Made by a program: the position numbers and the translations under genes. This document shows, piece after piece, positions 62,111-64,000 of a stretch of 64,000 nt of DNA. Numbering within the stretch: the first letter of the stretch is position 1; every line of letters starts with the position of its first letter. Below the pieces are notes generated by a model, which was not told the DNA's origin, did no database searches, and saw only the letters and a program-made list of their open reading frames with translations. Source of the DNA: Nitrosopumilus sp. (GTDB taxonomy: Archaea; Thermoproteota; Nitrososphaeria; Nitrososphaerales; Nitrosopumilaceae); assembly GCA_965249555.1 (NCBI GenBank), contig OZ252243.1, forward strand, positions 2,048,001 to 2,112,000. Reading direction: 5' to 3'.

Positions 62111-63252
62111 AGACATGAGCATAATCCATTCTAATTTTTAACCGATTTCTCAAATTATTCAAATAGAAAAAGCCAAGGATCTCATTATGTTTTGTTCATT
62201 GGAATGATTACAAAACAAATAAAAATCCCTGACAAGATTCTATGTGAGTCATTTCTTATTAGTATTTTGTATCTGGTTGGAACACTATATCTGTATGAGA
62301 ATGCAGTGAGACGAGGACGGCCATATGTCTATTCAACTGTTCTGATGGTTCAGTTATTCATCGTAAAGTCATGGATGAGAATTCCAAGTAACAACACACT
62401 GCATTATTTTCTCTCAATCAAATGTACCAATGACAAATTACTCAAGGTTTGCAGACTAAACCAAATCCCTGACAGAAGGACAATTGACAGAAGATTTCAA
62501 TGCTTGCCAATCAATGAAATTATTAGCACTGTAGGAAATTTGTTTGTCTCAGAAGGATTGGTGAATAGTGAATCAGCATCAGTTGATAGTTCAATGCTAA
62601 AAGCTTCAGGTCCAGTATGGCACAAATCAGACATCAAAAAGAATCACCTACCAATTGCAGGAATTGACACAAATGCCAGGTGGGGATTCTCCAAATCAAA
62701 GGGTTGGGTGTATGGATACAAACTACACATGAGGTATAGTACGGGAAGACTAGTTGTTCCATTATCTGCATGTGTAACTGCTGCAAATGTCCATGATAGT
62801 AAGCCATATGAGAAATTGATTGGGTCACTTTCTGGATTGATGAATAACATACTGTGTGATCCGGCATATGATGATTCCAAACTATACGAGTCAACTAAGA
62901 ATAATGCCATGAGATTAATCTGTCCGGTCAAAAAATACCCGTCTACGCCGCCAGCCAGAATAAAGTTGATAGGGTTTTACAATTCAGCAGTTGGTCGGAA
63001 ATTATATTCTCAGAGAAAAATATCAATTGAACCACTCTTTGAAATAATCAAGGATACGTTTAACATTAGAACAGTTCCGGTGAAAGGATTTGAGAACGTA
63101 CAATCATTCGTGCTGATTTGTGTGCTGGTGTATCAGTTGGCAGTGTATTATAATTGTGTAATTGGAAGTGGGAATCCAAGGATTGTGAAAAGAATGCTTT
63201 GTTGTTAGAGAAAAGTCTTGGTTTTTTTGTAAATCATTATGCCCAAGTCTCA
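62109..63252 (+). mobile_element. IS982/IS5-like element with TGAGAC(A/T)TG(A/G)GCATAAT terminal repeats
   Basis: Inverted ends at 62109 and 63252 around a DDE ORF. Confidence 0.85.
62192..63208 (+). CDS. DDE_Tnp_1-type transposase, apparently intact
   Basis: VDSS, YGYKLH, ANVHD, DPAYD, RKISIEPLF. Confidence 0.9.
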   Translation: MFIGMITKQIKIPDKILCESFLISILYLVGTLYLYENAVRRGRPYVYSTVLMVQLFIVKSWMRIPSNNTLHYFLSIKCTNDKLLKVCRLNQIPDRRTIDRRFQCLPINEIISTVGNLFVSEGLVNSESASVDSSMLKASGPVWHKSDIKKNHLPIAGIDTNARWGFSKSKGWVYGYKLHMRYSTGRLVVPLSACVTAANVHDSKPYEKLIGSLSGLMNNILCDPAYDDSKLYESTKNNAMRLICPVKKYPSTPPARIKLIGFYNSAVGRKLYSQRKISIEPLFEIIKDTFNIRTVPVKGFENVQSFVLICVLVYQLAVYYNCVIGSGNPRIVKRMLCC

Positions 63253-63372
63253 GTTATACAATTAACGCATTGCAAACATATAATGTAGAAGAAGGGTTAG
63301 TTGAGTGTTATAAAATCTCTTAATGCATGATTTTTTTGTGTAACTTAAATATACAGTTAGAAATGATTTTTT

Positions 63373-64000
63373 ATGAATAAAGAATTTTCAAGTATTATTA
63401 TGTTATTATTAGTGGTATTAATTCCTCTTCAAGGTGTAGCAATTGCACAGACTGATAATTTCAATTCAGTTGATGATGACTCTGACTTTGATAATAATTC
63501 TAACAATTTTGATGGTTTAACTTCTGTTGATCCAATTCAGAATATTGGTGTAATTGAAAAAGGACATTCTGATATTACAAGTTTAATGATTGATGATTCA
63601 AATAATATCTTAGTAGATGAAAATTTACATGGAATTTTTTCAATGGTTTATGTTGATGAAGAAACTATGGAGTTAGTTGTTGTGTTGAATCAACTTCTGT
63701 TATTTAGTTCTGGAATTGATGCAGGAGACATTGAAGATATTTTAGGTGAAGACTTTCCATTTACTGTAAAATATGGTTATGTTGAATCTTATTCACATAC
63801 AACCCCTTATCCACAAAGTTATATCGATAGATGGTTAGTATGGTGGACTCTATACGATTGTGTTGCTGGTTCTAGTGGAATTTGTCATGCAGTTTATTAT
63901 AATTTACATAATGTTAATCATTATACTTTAGATTCAAATAACAATTGGCATTCACAATCTGATTCTTCAAGTGATGAAGACGAAGCAACTTCTTCATCAA
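63373..64000 (+). CDS. Secreted acidic protein, partial (runs off the window)
   Basis: MNKEFSSIIMLLLVVLIPLQGVAIAQ signal peptide; frame open to the end. Confidence 0.7.
   Translation, partial: MNKEFSSIIMLLLVVLIPLQGVAIAQTDNFNSVDDDSDFDNNSNNFDGLTSVDPIQNIGVIEKGHSDITSLMIDDSNNILVDENLHGIFSMVYVDEETMELVVVLNQLLLFSSGIDAGDIEDILGEDFPFTVKYGYVESYSHTTPYPQSYIDRWLVWWTLYDCVAGSSGICHAVYYNLHNVNHYTLDSNNNWHSQSDSSSDEDEATSSS

Overview
Low-GC archaeal DNA whose genes look like those of a Nitrosopumilus-like thaumarchaeote. The heavy load of insertion sequences (IS), pseudogenes, toxin-antitoxin pairs and large surface proteins suggests a host-associated lineage (inference). 1-19.9 kb and 28.3-35.7 kb are core genome: an S10/spc-type ribosomal protein cluster, tRNA-Asn, proteasome alpha subunit, an ESCRT-III paralog, ccdA/redoxin, bioFBAD, HMG-CoA synthase and DsbA. 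19973-28318 is an 8.3-kb island bounded by IS66-type ends and an 8-bp target duplication. It holds two IS630 copies, an intact IS66, IS110 elements and two hicBA modules. 35.7-64 kb is a decaying accessory region of modular secreted proteins (different protease-like heads, two on a shared HYR/FN3 stalk) and IS remnants. The strongest signal is two distinct IS110-family elements whose non-coding ends fold into two-loop bridge-RNA-like structures with guide segments matching their own donor junctions and insertion sites in this window. Family A appears programmed against the IS66 terminal repeat. Family B has five copies that differ mainly in the guide segments. All calls were made by eye, with no database searches or folding software.
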